Notes: a model not told the origin generated them from the letters alone. A stretch of DNA of 64,000 nucleotides from an uncultured delta proteobacterium (GCA_963696385.1 CAVOKF010000004.1:320001-384000); one strand, 5' to 3'; positions 42,500-52,858 are shown, counted from the stretch's first letter. Numbers and translations are program-made.

Positions 42500-45317
42500 G
42501 ACCGAAGGCGGCGTGGGCAGGGGCGTCGCCGGTCGAAATCGAAGAGCGAGGGCTACGGAGCTGGTGCAGATCGAGGGGTGACGCCCATGCGCCGCGGTCG
42601 AGGAGCCGGCCGAGCGCGACCCGAACGGCGCGGTGGGGAATCTCGGCGTCGCCGAACACGGCTTCGACGACTTCGGCGATCTTGACACCGCCGGAGCCGC
42701 GGATCTCGACCTCCACCGACAGGGCAACGAGGTCTCCGGCGATGTTCGCGCGCGAAAGCGAGCCGGCGAAGCCGGCATCGGCCAGCCGGGCAGAGCGCAA
42801 GAATTCGCGGACGTTTACCCGCTTACCGATTCCCTCGATGCGGCGTATCACGATCAGTTCGCGCGCTTGGAGCGCCGCTGCCATCCGGTCTTCGATGGCG
42901 GAGATTCCTCCGAGGGCCTCCGCGACGCTCCGGGGAATGCCCACCGCATAACGGGCCGCGTTGACGACCCGCGCAATGCCCGGATCTTCGGGGCCGAGCT
43001 TCGCTCCGGCGACGAAGCGCAGTCCCGGTTGGGACCCCGCCGAAAGGTCGTCGAGAATCGCGGCGGGGTCGAGTTCCGCCTCGATCTTCACGTCGAGCAC
43101 TTCGGTCAGGCTCGCAACGCCCAAGGACAGGGCGGGGGTGAATGTCATGTCGGGCTTGGGGTGGAACCCCTGCGAGTAGTGGAGCGGCAGCGCGAGCCGG
43201 CGAAATGCACGCGGCAGCGCGCGGATCACGTCCAGATGGGACAGGAACGCGGCTGGGCCGACTTTTTCGTAGACGAAGCGATAGCGTCGGGCTTCACCCT
43301 GCGGCAGAGCCCAAGGGCGAGGCTTCCGGTTCGTCTTGGGCGACGGGGCCGGAGCCGGCGGACGCGGCTCGTTGGCACCGAGCTTGGCCAGATAGACGCG
43401 GCGTTGCTCGCGCATGGCCGACAGGTCGCACGCGATCCCGCAATCGTAGCAAACGAGCTTTCGCGATTCATTGTTCGCATCGCGCAGGTTGGTGGCGTGC
43501 ACGAACGCCCCGGCGACCTTTCCGCACGGCAGCGACAGGTGCTGCTTCATGGCCTTGCGATATTCGCGCAACAAGAACCCGTCTTCCAGGCCGACGTCGA
43601 TGTGATCCCAAGGGAGACGCGACGCAACCGGGATGGTCGTCAAATACACCTTCGGGTCGATGCCCTCGGCGCGGAACGCGGATTCCCAGACGGCGATCTT
43701 CTTCTGATCCTCCCACGAATCGAACCGCGCCCCGGCGCGATAGGCCCGCTCGAGGACGGCGGCGAGTGTGCGATCGCCGCGGGCGAACACGGCTTCGAGC
43801 CATGAGGTGTCGCCGTCGTGGACGCGCAGATCGACTCCGGCGCGGTGCGATTCTTCTTCGAGCCAGCGCTGTTTTTGGCGGATGGCGTCCGGGGCATCCA
43901 TGGCGCACCACTGGAACGGCGTGTGCGGCTTCGGAACATGCGTCGAGACACTGACGGTGACCTTGGGGGCGCCGGTCGCACCGAGCTCCTTTCTCACCCG
44001 CTTGCCGATGGCGCGCGCTCGGCCACCCACCTGAGCAATCGCCCGGACGTCCTCTTCCCGCTCGGTCGGCAGACCAATCATGAAGTAGAGCTTCATGGAT
44101 TGCCAGTCGCGCGAGAAGACCCGCTCGGCCGTGGTCAGGAGCTGTTCTTCCGTCACGTTCTTGTTGATGACGTCGCGCATTCGCTGCGTGCCCGCCTCGG
44201 GAGCAAACGTGACTCCGGTCGCGCGCACGCGCGCCATGTCGTCCAAGACGTTCTCCTCGAGCCCGTAGGCGCGAAGGCTGGAAACTCCCAGCGATACCCG
44301 CTTTGGGGCCAGGGCGTCGGCGACCTTCTTGACCAGCGGGGCGATGCAGGAATAGTCGGCGGTCGACAGAGACGTGAGGCTCGCCTCGTCGTATCCGCTC
44401 GAGCGGACCGCACTCACGATCGTGTCGACGATCTGCTCGGGATCCCGTTCGCGCACGGGCCGATAAATCATCCCCGCCTGACAGAACCGGCAGCCCTCGG
44501 TGCACCCCCGCGCGACCTCGATCGATACGCGGTCGAAGATCGCCTCCGGCCCGCCGATCGGCCCATCGTCGGGAAAGGGAAAGCGGTTCAGATCGGCGAT
44601 GATCGTGCGCTCCACCGGAAACGGCAGGTCCCCCGCGGTCGGTCGATCGACCACCGTGAAGCCCGTGTCCGGGTCTCGGTGCGTTACGTAGAGTGACGGT
44701 ACGTACACGCCTTCGAGCGCGGCGAGCGCGCGCAATCGCTCGGCGCGCGAAATTCCGGCGCGCTTGGCGCGCGTCCACGCGAGGGCGACCTCGCTCGTGC
44801 GCTCCTCTCCGTCGCCGATGACGATGGCGTCGAGAAAGGGGGCCAAAGGCTCGGGATGCGTGGCGGTCGGGCCGCCCGCGACGACGAGCGGGTCGTCTTC
44901 CCCGCGCGCATCGGATCGAAGCGGAACACCGCCGAGATCCAGCATCGTCAGTACGTTGGTGTACGTCAGTTCGAACTGCAGCGAGAAGCCGACAACGTCG
45001 AAGTCGCGCAGCGGTCGCGCCGTTTCACTCGACACCAGCGGGATGCCGCGCGATCGGAGTTGCGCCTCCATGTCGATCCACGGCGCGTAGGCTCGTTCGG
45101 CAAGCGTACGCGGGTCATCGTTCAAGATTTTGTAGAGGATCTTGAAACCGAGATGGCTCATCCCGATGTCGTAGATGTCGGGAAACGCCAAGCAGACGCG
45201 CGCCTCCACGGCGCTCCAGTCCTTGACCCGAGCACCGAATTCGCCACCGAGGTACCGGGCGGGCTTCTGGACGAGGTGGACGAACGAAGCATACGGGTGT
45301 TCAGCAAGCCCAGTCAT
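42480..45317 (-). CDS. TIGR03960-type B12-binding radical SAM protein fused to a TIGR03936/DUF2344 domain
   Basis: KPARYLGGE, FPDIYDIGMS, RGCTEGCRFC (CxxxCxxC), APEAGT, YFMIGLPTE, PKPHTPFQW; C-terminal FLSHLD...YSQGFHPKP. Confidence 0.9.
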   Translation of the reverse strand: MTGLAEHPYASFVHLVQKPARYLGGEFGARVKDWSAVEARVCLAFPDIYDIGMSHLGFKILYKILNDDPRTLAERAYAPWIDMEAQLRSRGIPLVSSETARPLRDFDVVGFSLQFELTYTNVLTMLDLGGVPLRSDARGEDDPLVVAGGPTATHPEPLAPFLDAIVIGDGEERTSEVALAWTRAKRAGISRAERLRALAALEGVYVPSLYVTHRDPDTGFTVVDRPTAGDLPFPVERTIIADLNRFPFPDDGPIGGPEAIFDRVSIEVARGCTEGCRFCQAGMIYRPVRERDPEQIVDTIVSAVRSSGYDEASLTSLSTADYSCIAPLVKKVADALAPKRVSLGVSSLRAYGLEENVLDDMARVRATGVTFAPEAGTQRMRDVINKNVTEEQLLTTAERVFSRDWQSMKLYFMIGLPTEREEDVRAIAQVGGRARAIGKRVRKELGATGAPKVTVSVSTHVPKPHTPFQWCAMDAPDAIRQKQRWLEEESHRAGVDLRVHDGDTSWLEAVFARGDRTLAAVLERAYRAGARFDSWEDQKKIAVWESAFRAEGIDPKVYLTTIPVASRLPWDHIDVGLEDGFLLREYRKAMKQHLSLPCGKVAGAFVHATNLRDANNESRKLVCYDCGIACDLSAMREQRRVYLAKLGANEPRPPAPAPSPKTNRKPRPWALPQGEARRYRFVYEKVGPAAFLSHLDVIRALPRAFRRLALPLHYSQGFHPKPDMTFTPALSLGVASLTEVLDVKIEAELDPAAILDDLSAGSQPGLRFVAGAKLGPEDPGIARVVNAARYAVGIPRSVAEALGGISAIEDRMAAALQARELIVIRRIEGIGKRVNVREFLRSARLADAGFAGSLSRANIAGDLVALSVEVEIRGSGGVKIAEVVEAVFGDAEIPHRAVRVALGRLLDRGAWASPLDLHQLRSPRSSISTGDAPAHAAFGPSDLCS

Positions 45318-45507
45318 GAGCGACTCCTTACCACTACCGCTGCGGAGAGCATGCACTCTCAAGTCCGGTCGCCCCTCAACGAAGCTGCGTGCGTCGTTGA
45401 CCCGCACACACGGGCCCTTGCCGTCCGCCCCTCTTTTTGCCCCTCGCTGCGCCGCCGTAGGATACTACATAGAAGACAACGCTTTAGCCGGACGAGGGTC
45501 TTTCGGA

Positions 45508-46956
45508 GTGTCGCGGGTCCTGATCGTCGACGATAGTCCTTCGGTTCGCTCGCTCTTGGCGGCGCGCTTGAGGGCCTGCGGCTACGAGGTCGACGAAGCC
45601 CACGATGGAGAAAGTGGAGCGGAGAAGGCGGTCTCCGGCGCGCCGGACGTGGTGGTGACCGACCTCCACATGAAGGGCATTTCGGGTGTCCAGCTTTGCC
45701 GCATCCTGCGAAATGACGCCGTCACCGCGCACATTCCGGTGATGCTGTTGACCGCTTCGGGAGACAAGCGCTCACGATTCTGGGCGCGTACCGCCGGGGC
45801 CGCCGCATACCTCAGCAAGGATCGTCTCGACGACCTGGTCGGGCTCCTGCCGACCCTGATCGCGTCGGCTACCGAGCCGGCGCCCGGGGCGGGCGACCAC
45901 GCTCCCCTTCGGCGGCGCACGTTGCAGGAGCGCATGTCGGCCATCCTCGATTCGGCTCTCTTCGAATCGGTCATCGCCGGCGAGGTGCGAGCGCTCGCGA
46001 GCTCCGGCGATCCCGCTCGTCTCTTCGACGGCCTCGTCTCGTTGATGGCCGATGTCCTCACGTATCGCTGGATGGCGGTACTTCCGGCACGGTCGTACGA
46101 GCCCTTGTTCGTGCATTGCCATCCGGAGGAGCGCGATGGCATCGAAGCGGTGACGCTCGGGGTCCTCGGGATTCCGGCCGGCCGTTCGGTACAGGTCGTG
46201 TGCGATGACCGCGCCGTCGCCGGTGGGACGGAATCGCCGGTCGACATGGGAATCGCATTTGGCGGGACTCAAGTGGGTCGGATCGCCCTCACTCCGACGG
46301 CACGCGGACTGTCGCGCGACGACCAACGCACCATAGCGCTCGTGGCAAGCGAGCTGGGCGGTCCGCTCCAGATGAGCGCGCTTTATCAAGATGCGCAGCG
46401 TCTGGCGACGACCGACGCGCTCACCAACCTGCTCAATCGGCGGGCCTTCCTGGAGATTATGGAACGCGAGCGCGCCCGTGCCGACCGGCACGCGTTCGCT
46501 CTGTCGCTTCTATTGCTCGATATCGACCATTTCAAGGCCGTCAACGATTCGCGGGGTCACGCCGCGGGCGATGCGGTTCTGAAAGGCGTGGGGAACGTGT
46601 TGGTGAAGGTCGCCCGCCGGACCGATTGCGTCGCTCGCTGGGGCGGAGAAGAGTTCGTGGTCGCGCTTCCCCAAACGGGCGAAGCGGGGGCGCGCATCGT
46701 GGCTGAACGCTTGCGCCGGGCGATCGCCGAGTCGTCGCATGTCGTCCCTCAGGGCCCGCCCATGACCGTCACGGCGTCGATCGGCATCTCCAGCGCCGAG
46801 GCGCCATGGAAAACCGAGAGCTTGGTCGCCGCCGCGGACGCGGCGATGTACGCAGCGAAGCAGCGGGGGAGAAATCGCGCCGAGATTCTTGCGGCGTCAG
46901 AAATGTCCACCGACGTCCGCCGGATGCGCGCGGCTTCGATTACGTCTTCGAAGTGA
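45508..46956 (+). CDS. Response regulator diguanylate cyclase (REC - sensory-like region - GGDEF)
   Basis: VLIVDDS, VTDLHM, LLTA; TDALT.L.NRR, DIDHFK.VND, RRTD I-site, WGGEEF, TASIG. Confidence 0.92.
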   Translation: MSRVLIVDDSPSVRSLLAARLRACGYEVDEAHDGESGAEKAVSGAPDVVVTDLHMKGISGVQLCRILRNDAVTAHIPVMLLTASGDKRSRFWARTAGAAAYLSKDRLDDLVGLLPTLIASATEPAPGAGDHAPLRRRTLQERMSAILDSALFESVIAGEVRALASSGDPARLFDGLVSLMADVLTYRWMAVLPARSYEPLFVHCHPEERDGIEAVTLGVLGIPAGRSVQVVCDDRAVAGGTESPVDMGIAFGGTQVGRIALTPTARGLSRDDQRTIALVASELGGPLQMSALYQDAQRLATTDALTNLLNRRAFLEIMERERARADRHAFALSLLLLDIDHFKAVNDSRGHAAGDAVLKGVGNVLVKVARRTDCVARWGGEEFVVALPQTGEAGARIVAERLRRAIAESSHVVPQGPPMTVTASIGISSAEAPWKTESLVAAADAAMYAAKQRGRNRAEILAASEMSTDVRRMRAASITSSK

Positions 46957-47701
46957 AGGTCGAAGGCCGCGTCAAACGGTCGGCGGCGTCCGATTTCAGG
47001 GCCGTGGGCAAGGCACCGCATCCGCAGGTCTCGGGAGCGTGGGCCTTGTGATAGACGAGCTCGCAGCGCGGGCAGACGCGGGCATCCGGCTCGAACGAGA
47101 TGACCTTGCCGCTGGCCGCGCAATGTTTGCCGACCACCTGCGGAGGCTCGACCGGCAGCACCGTTCCGGCGCTCGAGCTCGGCTCGGGCAGCGTGGCGTC
47201 TTGCGGGACGTCCACGATGGCGGGTACGCGCTCGCGCGCCTCTTTGACGATCCAGGCGGCCGCTTGCCCATGGGTCGCCGCCTGCGCGACGACGTGCATC
47301 GCCGCCCCGGCATCGTCGTGACCGGTCACGCGCACGGCCTCGCCACGCCATTCGATCCGCTCGACCGCGTACCACGGCATGCGGCGAATGGGGCCCTTCT
47401 CGACCGCGATGCCACGGTCGCCGACGCGCAGCGGGGGCTCGCCGCTCGTCCCGACCCAAATCGCCGCGCCGACGAGCAAGGCCCCCACCGTGAGGATGTA
47501 CGGCGCTATCTTCAACGGTTCGACGGTCGGGTCGCTGATGAGGGGTCCGAGTTTTTCCCAGGCGCCTGCGCCCATCGCCAAAGCGCCGATCGCGCCGATG
47601 GCATAAGACACGATCGGGCTCAACGTCGCGCCGGGCTCGAAACGCCTTTCGTGGCGCGTCTGAGCCTTGTCGCGTTTGGCGGTTTTCGTCTTCTTGGCCA
47701 T
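46940..47701 (-). CDS. Membrane protein with C-terminal Cys/His (RING/Zn-finger-like) domain
   Basis: Two TM segments, a PH-like middle region, then CAASG...CPRC..YH..H...CGCG. Confidence 0.6.
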   Translation of the reverse strand: MAKKTKTAKRDKAQTRHERRFEPGATLSPIVSYAIGAIGALAMGAGAWEKLGPLISDPTVEPLKIAPYILTVGALLVGAAIWVGTSGEPPLRVGDRGIAVEKGPIRRMPWYAVERIEWRGEAVRVTGHDDAGAAMHVVAQAATHGQAAAWIVKEARERVPAIVDVPQDATLPEPSSSAGTVLPVEPPQVVGKHCAASGKVISFEPDARVCPRCELVYHKAHAPETCGCGALPTALKSDAADRLTRPSTFTSKT

Positions 47702-47715
47702 ATGGGCGGTCGACA

Positions 47716-49146
47716 TTAGTCGGATTCGGCCCGTGGGCCAGCACGATGGTCCTCGACGCCCAGGCCTTCCGAGTCAGGGTGCATGCGCGCGATCTCGTCG
47801 TAGAGGTAAACGGCACTCTTGATTCCCAAGTGGTAATTTTCGAGATCGAGCCACTCGTTGGGTGCGTGGGCGTTCTCGTCGGGTTGGCCGAAGCCCATCA
47901 GCAAACACGGTTTGCCGGACGCATCGGCGATGGTCCGCACGAAGGGGATGCTGCCGCCCTCGCGAATGAACACGGTGGGCTTTCCGAACGCCTTGCTGAA
48001 TGCGCGCTTCGCGACGTCGTAGATGGGGTGATCGGTCGGGGCGAGGTACGGCCGTCCGCCGTGCAGCACATCCAGCCGGACTCGCGTCCCCCCGGGCGCG
48101 ATCCTCCGGAGGTGTTCCGCCACCTTGCGCGCGATGTCGTCCGGTTCCTGGTTGGGCACCAGTCGGCAGCTGATCTTGGCCTGTGCCCGCGCCGGGATGA
48201 TGGTCTTGGCCCCGTCGCCCTGGAATCCGCCGCCGATTCCGCAGCAGTCGAGGGTCGGCCGCGCCCAGATGCGCTCGAGGGTCGAGTAGCCTCGCTCACC
48301 CGAGACGCTCGGCGCGCCTGTCGAGGCGAGCCACTCGGCCTCGTCGAACGGCAAATGAGCGATCGCGTCGCGCTCGCCCGCGCTGAGCGGCACGACGTCG
48401 TCGTAGAAGCCCGGGACCGCGACGTGCCCCTCCGCGTCGTGCAGCTGCGCGATCATCCGAGCGAGCGCGTTCACCGGATTGGCGATTCCGCCGCCGAACG
48501 ACCCGGAATGAAGGTCCGACGACGGACCTTCCACGAATACCTCGAGGTAGGACAGCCCCCGCAGCCCCACGCAGAGTGAGGGGATGCCACGGCCGAACAT
48601 CGCCGTGTCGCTGACGCAAACGAAGTCGGCGCGCAGATCCTGCGCGTGATCGCGGAGCAATCCATCGAGGTGGGCGCTGCCGACCTCCTCTTCGCCCTCG
48701 ACGATCATCTTGACGTTGATGGGCGGTCGTCCCGTCGTTCGGATGAAGCTCTCGATCGCTTTCGCGTGGATGTAAACTTGGCCCTTGTCGTCGACGGTGC
48801 CACGGCCCCAGAGGCGTCCCGACCGCACGGCGGGTTCGAAAGGCGGCGAGATCCACTCGCCCAGCGGGTCGACCGGCTGCACGTCGTGATGTCCGTATAC
48901 GAGCAAGGTGGCGCCGCCCGGCGCAGACAGCCATTCGGCGAACACGGCCGGGTGACCCGGCGTCGGCCACACCGCCACTCGATTGGCTCCGAGCTCGCGC
49001 AGTCGTGCGGCAAGATGCTCGGCACTCGCCACGACGTCCGGCGCGTGCGCCGGGTCGCTCGAAACGGATGGGATCCGAACCCAGTCGATGAGCTCATCGA
49101 CGAACCGCTGCCGATGGCGGTCGATGAAAGCAATGACTTCGTGCAT
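47716..49146 (-). CDS. M20 family dipeptidase
   Basis: YGHHDVQP, GRGTVDDKGQ, EGEEEVGS, DLHSG, GGSIP, HAPNE. Confidence 0.93.
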   Translation of the reverse strand: MHEVIAFIDRHRQRFVDELIDWVRIPSVSSDPAHAPDVVASAEHLAARLRELGANRVAVWPTPGHPAVFAEWLSAPGGATLLVYGHHDVQPVDPLGEWISPPFEPAVRSGRLWGRGTVDDKGQVYIHAKAIESFIRTTGRPPINVKMIVEGEEEVGSAHLDGLLRDHAQDLRADFVCVSDTAMFGRGIPSLCVGLRGLSYLEVFVEGPSSDLHSGSFGGGIANPVNALARMIAQLHDAEGHVAVPGFYDDVVPLSAGERDAIAHLPFDEAEWLASTGAPSVSGERGYSTLERIWARPTLDCCGIGGGFQGDGAKTIIPARAQAKISCRLVPNQEPDDIARKVAEHLRRIAPGGTRVRLDVLHGGRPYLAPTDHPIYDVAKRAFSKAFGKPTVFIREGGSIPFVRTIADASGKPCLLMGFGQPDENAHAPNEWLDLENYHLGIKSAVYLYDEIARMHPDSEGLGVEDHRAGPRAESD

Positions 49147-49165
49147 GGCGTCGGAGAAGGTACGG

Positions 49166-49783
49166 CTACTTTGCGAGCAGCGCGAGCGCGTCTCGGAGCA
49201 GCTCCTCGAGCGGCGCCGTGCTCGTGCGCTCTTCGAGGGCAGCCGCCGCGCGCTCCGCTTCGGCGGGCTTGAATCCCATCCCGGTGAGCGCGCTCCTCAG
49301 TCGCTCGGCCCCGCCGGTCGCGCGACGCGCCGAGGGGCGGGGCGGGCCGGGATCCGTCCGGGAAACGCCGAGGGTCGTCGGCAGCTTGTCTCGTAGCTCG
49401 AGAAGCAGCCGCTCCGCAATTTTCTTTCCAATGCCTGCGACCGCCGTCAGGGCCCCGAGATCGCGGTGGGCGATGGCGTGCGCAAGATTCGCAGCCGGCA
49501 GGGCGCCGAGTACGGCGATGGCGATCTTCGGGCCGACGTTCGAAACGTTGATGAGCGCTCGAAAGGCGAATCGTTCCGCTTCGTCGGCAAACCCGTAAAG
49601 GGCCAGCGCGTCCTCACGAACGTGGGTGTGCACCCAGAGCGTCACGTGTCCGGCTTCGTCGAGGTGCGTGCGCCCGAGTGTCCCGAGGGGTGCGGCGAGC
49701 TCGTAGCCCACTCCGCCCACGTCGAGCACGATGCCGCCGTCGGCTTCCTGAGCCACGATCCTGCCGGTGAGCCGGCCGATCAT
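49166..49783 (-). CDS. ruvA: Holliday junction branch migration protein RuvA
   Basis: MIGRLTG, DVGGVGYE, HTHVRED, LYGF, VSNVGPK, GIGKK.AERL.LEL, ALTGMGF. Confidence 0.95.
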   Translation of the reverse strand: MIGRLTGRIVAQEADGGIVLDVGGVGYELAAPLGTLGRTHLDEAGHVTLWVHTHVREDALALYGFADEAERFAFRALINVSNVGPKIAIAVLGALPAANLAHAIAHRDLGALTAVAGIGKKIAERLLLELRDKLPTTLGVSRTDPGPPRPSARRATGGAERLRSALTGMGFKPAEAERAAAALEERTSTAPLEELLRDALALLAK

Positions 49784-49793
49784 GGGCCGAACC

Positions 49794-51275
49794 CTACCAC
49801 GCGCGTTCGCTTGCGCTGCGCCGAGGTGGACCCCCCGGTACGCGCACGCGACTGGAGCCGCGCGATCGCGACGCAGCGAGGGCCGTCGCGCGTTCGGGCG
49901 ACGGTCGCGGCGGGCGCAGCGCCGCGGCAGCGAGGATCGCGAGGACGGGCGTGACGACCACGTGATAGCGGTCCTCCCCGAAGAAGATCGCGTGCGTCGC
50001 GATCGTCGTCCCAAGCAGTCCGAGCGCGAGCGCCAGCGCTGGCGAGAACTTCGGACGGCCCGGAACGGGCAGCCATGGGGCCACTGCCGCCCACACGGCG
50101 AGGGGCCAGAGCGTGGGCGACTCGCGGGTGAACGCGATGAGAGCGAGCAGCGCCGTCACCCCGAGGAGGGCCCCTTGCGCGGTCCACGGTCGAGCGCGAC
50201 GCGGGAGCGGGAAAGCCATGCCTCCGAGGGCAGCGGCTGCGAGCACGAGACGATGCGCAAGACTGGTGACGTCGCGCGCGAAGACCCGCCTGGGTTCGGG
50301 CCACGCGTCCGGCCGCGCCTCGTGCAGGTATTCGACCGCGAACGACTCGTGATCGAACGTGTACCCGAGCTTGGCCGGTATGAGCGCGAGCCAGCGCATT
50401 GGACGAGCGGCGATCTGACCGAGTGCGTACCGAAACCAGCAACGATCCTGCTGAACCTGCCCGGTGACGTCGCGGCACCCGTCGCTCGAACGAAGTGTCT
50501 CGTAGCGCCCGGTTGCGCGCGGGAATGAACCGATGGCGAGATTCCAACCCGTATTGGTGCTCACGAGCGCGCATCCATCCATCACCCTGCAGTTTCGGGC
50601 GGTCCACGGAAGCACCGGCACGAGTGCGAAAAGGCACGCCGCGAGCGCGGCGCGCAGCCGCGCGGGTGTCCGATGGCCACCGAGGACGGCCATGAACGGC
50701 GCACAGAGCAGCGCTTGCGGGCGGGTGAGGGCGGCAACGCCGAGAACGAGAGAGCCGACGACGATGCCGCGGAAAGCGCGCGCGTCGCGGACGGCCAGCC
50801 AGAAGGCCGACAGCGTGAGCAGCGCCGCGAGGGGCTCCGTCATGACGAGCGCGGCGTAGAGAATCAGCCCAGGATGGAGCGCGACGATCAGGCCGGCGAC
50901 GCGAGCGCGCGCGGACGACAGAGCGTGCCGCGCCAGCGCCCAGGTGACGACCGCGACAGCCGCTCCGACGAGCGCATTGGCCACCGCCGCGACCGATGGG
51001 CTCGCACCGAGCACTCGATACCAAAGTGCCAGAAAGCCACTGTAGCCGACCGGATAGTGGCACCACGGGTGCCAGACGAGATGGCCGGCGACGGTCCGGT
51101 CGTCCGAATAGCCGAGTCCCGCCGCGATGCGGCGCGCTCCGTAGTCGTAATAGTGGCCGTCCCAAACCGGTTCGCCCGCGTAGGCGAGGGCCGCGCACAA
51201 CCGGGGCACGAGCGCGACGATGAACAGCAGCGTCCCAAACGCGGTTTCTCGCCGCTCGCCCTCGGGCTGATTCAC
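49794..51275 (-). CDS. GT-C fold membrane glycosyltransferase (ArnT/PMT family-like)
   Basis: WDGHYY, YPVGYS, VMTEPL, LTRPQ, PWTARN, EDRYH; many TM segments; GTGA overlap with the upstream gene. Confidence 0.72.
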   Translation of the reverse strand: MNQPEGERRETAFGTLLFIVALVPRLCAALAYAGEPVWDGHYYDYGARRIAAGLGYSDDRTVAGHLVWHPWCHYPVGYSGFLALWYRVLGASPSVAAVANALVGAAVAVVTWALARHALSSARARVAGLIVALHPGLILYAALVMTEPLAALLTLSAFWLAVRDARAFRGIVVGSLVLGVAALTRPQALLCAPFMAVLGGHRTPARLRAALAACLFALVPVLPWTARNCRVMDGCALVSTNTGWNLAIGSFPRATGRYETLRSSDGCRDVTGQVQQDRCWFRYALGQIAARPMRWLALIPAKLGYTFDHESFAVEYLHEARPDAWPEPRRVFARDVTSLAHRLVLAAAALGGMAFPLPRRARPWTAQGALLGVTALLALIAFTRESPTLWPLAVWAAVAPWLPVPGRPKFSPALALALGLLGTTIATHAIFFGEDRYHVVVTPVLAILAAAALRPPRPSPERATALAASRSRGSSRVRVPGGPPRRSASERAW

Positions 51276-52858
51276 GCGAGCTCTTTGCCCCGCGCGAGCC
51301 GATCGTCGCGCAAGCGGCGCAGGTAGGTCTTGTGAACTTGAATCGGATCGAGGCTCAATTGCTTGGCGAATTCGACCAAAAATCCGCGCGTGTAGACGAC
51401 GGCAGGCAGTTCGTCGAAGCGCTCGTCTTCGATCGCCTGCAGGTGAGCGCGCCCGATCTTGGTCTTCGCGCACAGATCGGCAAGCTCCAGGCCTTGCGAC
51501 TCCCGCACCTTTCGCAGCAAGGCGCCCGTGAACTCCGTGTCGGGGCCGATCTCGCGCTGCAGCTCATGCTGCAGCATGAGCTGCTCGGCGACAAGCGCAG
51601 GCCGCGTCGTCTTTGCCGACACGGCGAGCGGCTCGGGCTCTGGAAATGTCGACAGATCGTAGGCGCGGCGGCGCACCGCATCGAGAAGGGTGTCGTACGC
51701 TTCGTCGAGCTTGCGCTGCGCCGCGGTCAACTGTTCGGCGTCGAGAAGCGAAACCGTCGCGAGACCGCCGGTCGCGTAGATTTCACGCTGCCTTTTGTAG
51801 GCGCGCCGGATCTCTTCGTCGCTGGCCGATCGTGTGACTCCGAGGACGGCGTAGAGCGTCGGTTCCTCGAGCGGGGCAGGCGACGACGGCGTCATCCGCT
51901 CGACCTTCGAAGTGGCCAGCGCGAGGACTCTTCTCGCGATTCGCTCGACGTTGCGGGCACTCTTGCTCGCGGGGCTATCGACGAGCAGCGGCTTGTTTCG
52001 ACGCACCGTCAGCCACACCGTGTCGTCGTGCTCGATGTGCCCGAGCTCGTCGAGCGCCACGCCGTAGTGGCGCGACACGAGGCTACTCATCCACGCACCG
52101 AGCTCCGTGTCCATCCGCACGCGCGTCTGATTGACGACCAGCTGGACCCGCAGGGCCTGCGCTTCCGCCCACGCGATCTCCGAGAGCACTCGGTCGATGC
52201 GTGCGAGCTTGTGGACCAGATCGATCGGCGACGGCAGCCTGCCCATCTCGATGAGGGCGCGGTCGACGAGCGACGTTCGGAGCTTGTCCCGAAGCAAGAG
52301 TCGGCGCAGACGGCGGCGGAACGCAACGCGCAAAAATCGATACGTCGTCTCGATGGCCGGGGGCTCGGGGACCGTGACGGCGATCGGAATATCCGCTGCC
52401 AGCATGAGATCGAGACCGGGCTCGCTGTGGCCCGAGCCGACGTCGATGACGGCATAATCGGCCGGCAGCGAGCGCAGCGCGGCAAGCCAACGAACCTTTC
52501 TCTGCGAGCGCAGTGGGGCGGCGGGGGCCACCGCGTCGTGCGCGGCGGGTAGGAGCGCGAGCCCCGGCACAGTCGTCGCAACCAGGGCGCCGAGCAGGCC
52601 CTCGGGTCCCCCGGCGCCCAGTTGGGGCTCGACGCGGGCCGCTCTCAGTCCGAAGTGGGCGTGCAAATTGGAGCCGCCCGCGTCCGCGTCGATGAGCACG
52701 ACGGAGCGTCCGAGCTGGGCCAAGTACACGGCGAGATTCACGGCGACGAGGCTCTTACCCACCCCACCGCGTCCCGCCCCGACCGCGACGACGCACGGCG
52801 TGGCTTGGGCCGCATCGGCCTTGTCCGGTGAGTCCTCGTACGGGCGGGTCGGCGTCAT
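51272..52858 (-). CDS. MinD/FlhG-like ATPase + J-like domain + RodZ-type helix-turn-helix
   Basis: GAGRGGVGKS, LIDAD.GGSNL, DVGSG, VVNQ; LYAVLGV...EIRRAY...AYDTL...RRAYD; LRKVRESQGL...AIEDERFDELPAVVYTRGFL. Confidence 0.85.
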   Translation of the reverse strand: MTPTRPYEDSPDKADAAQATPCVVAVGAGRGGVGKSLVAVNLAVYLAQLGRSVVLIDADAGGSNLHAHFGLRAARVEPQLGAGGPEGLLGALVATTVPGLALLPAAHDAVAPAAPLRSQRKVRWLAALRSLPADYAVIDVGSGHSEPGLDLMLAADIPIAVTVPEPPAIETTYRFLRVAFRRRLRRLLLRDKLRTSLVDRALIEMGRLPSPIDLVHKLARIDRVLSEIAWAEAQALRVQLVVNQTRVRMDTELGAWMSSLVSRHYGVALDELGHIEHDDTVWLTVRRNKPLLVDSPASKSARNVERIARRVLALATSKVERMTPSSPAPLEEPTLYAVLGVTRSASDEEIRRAYKRQREIYATGGLATVSLLDAEQLTAAQRKLDEAYDTLLDAVRRRAYDLSTFPEPEPLAVSAKTTRPALVAEQLMLQHELQREIGPDTEFTGALLRKVRESQGLELADLCAKTKIGRAHLQAIEDERFDELPAVVYTRGFLVEFAKQLSLDPIQVHKTYLRRLRDDRLARGKELA

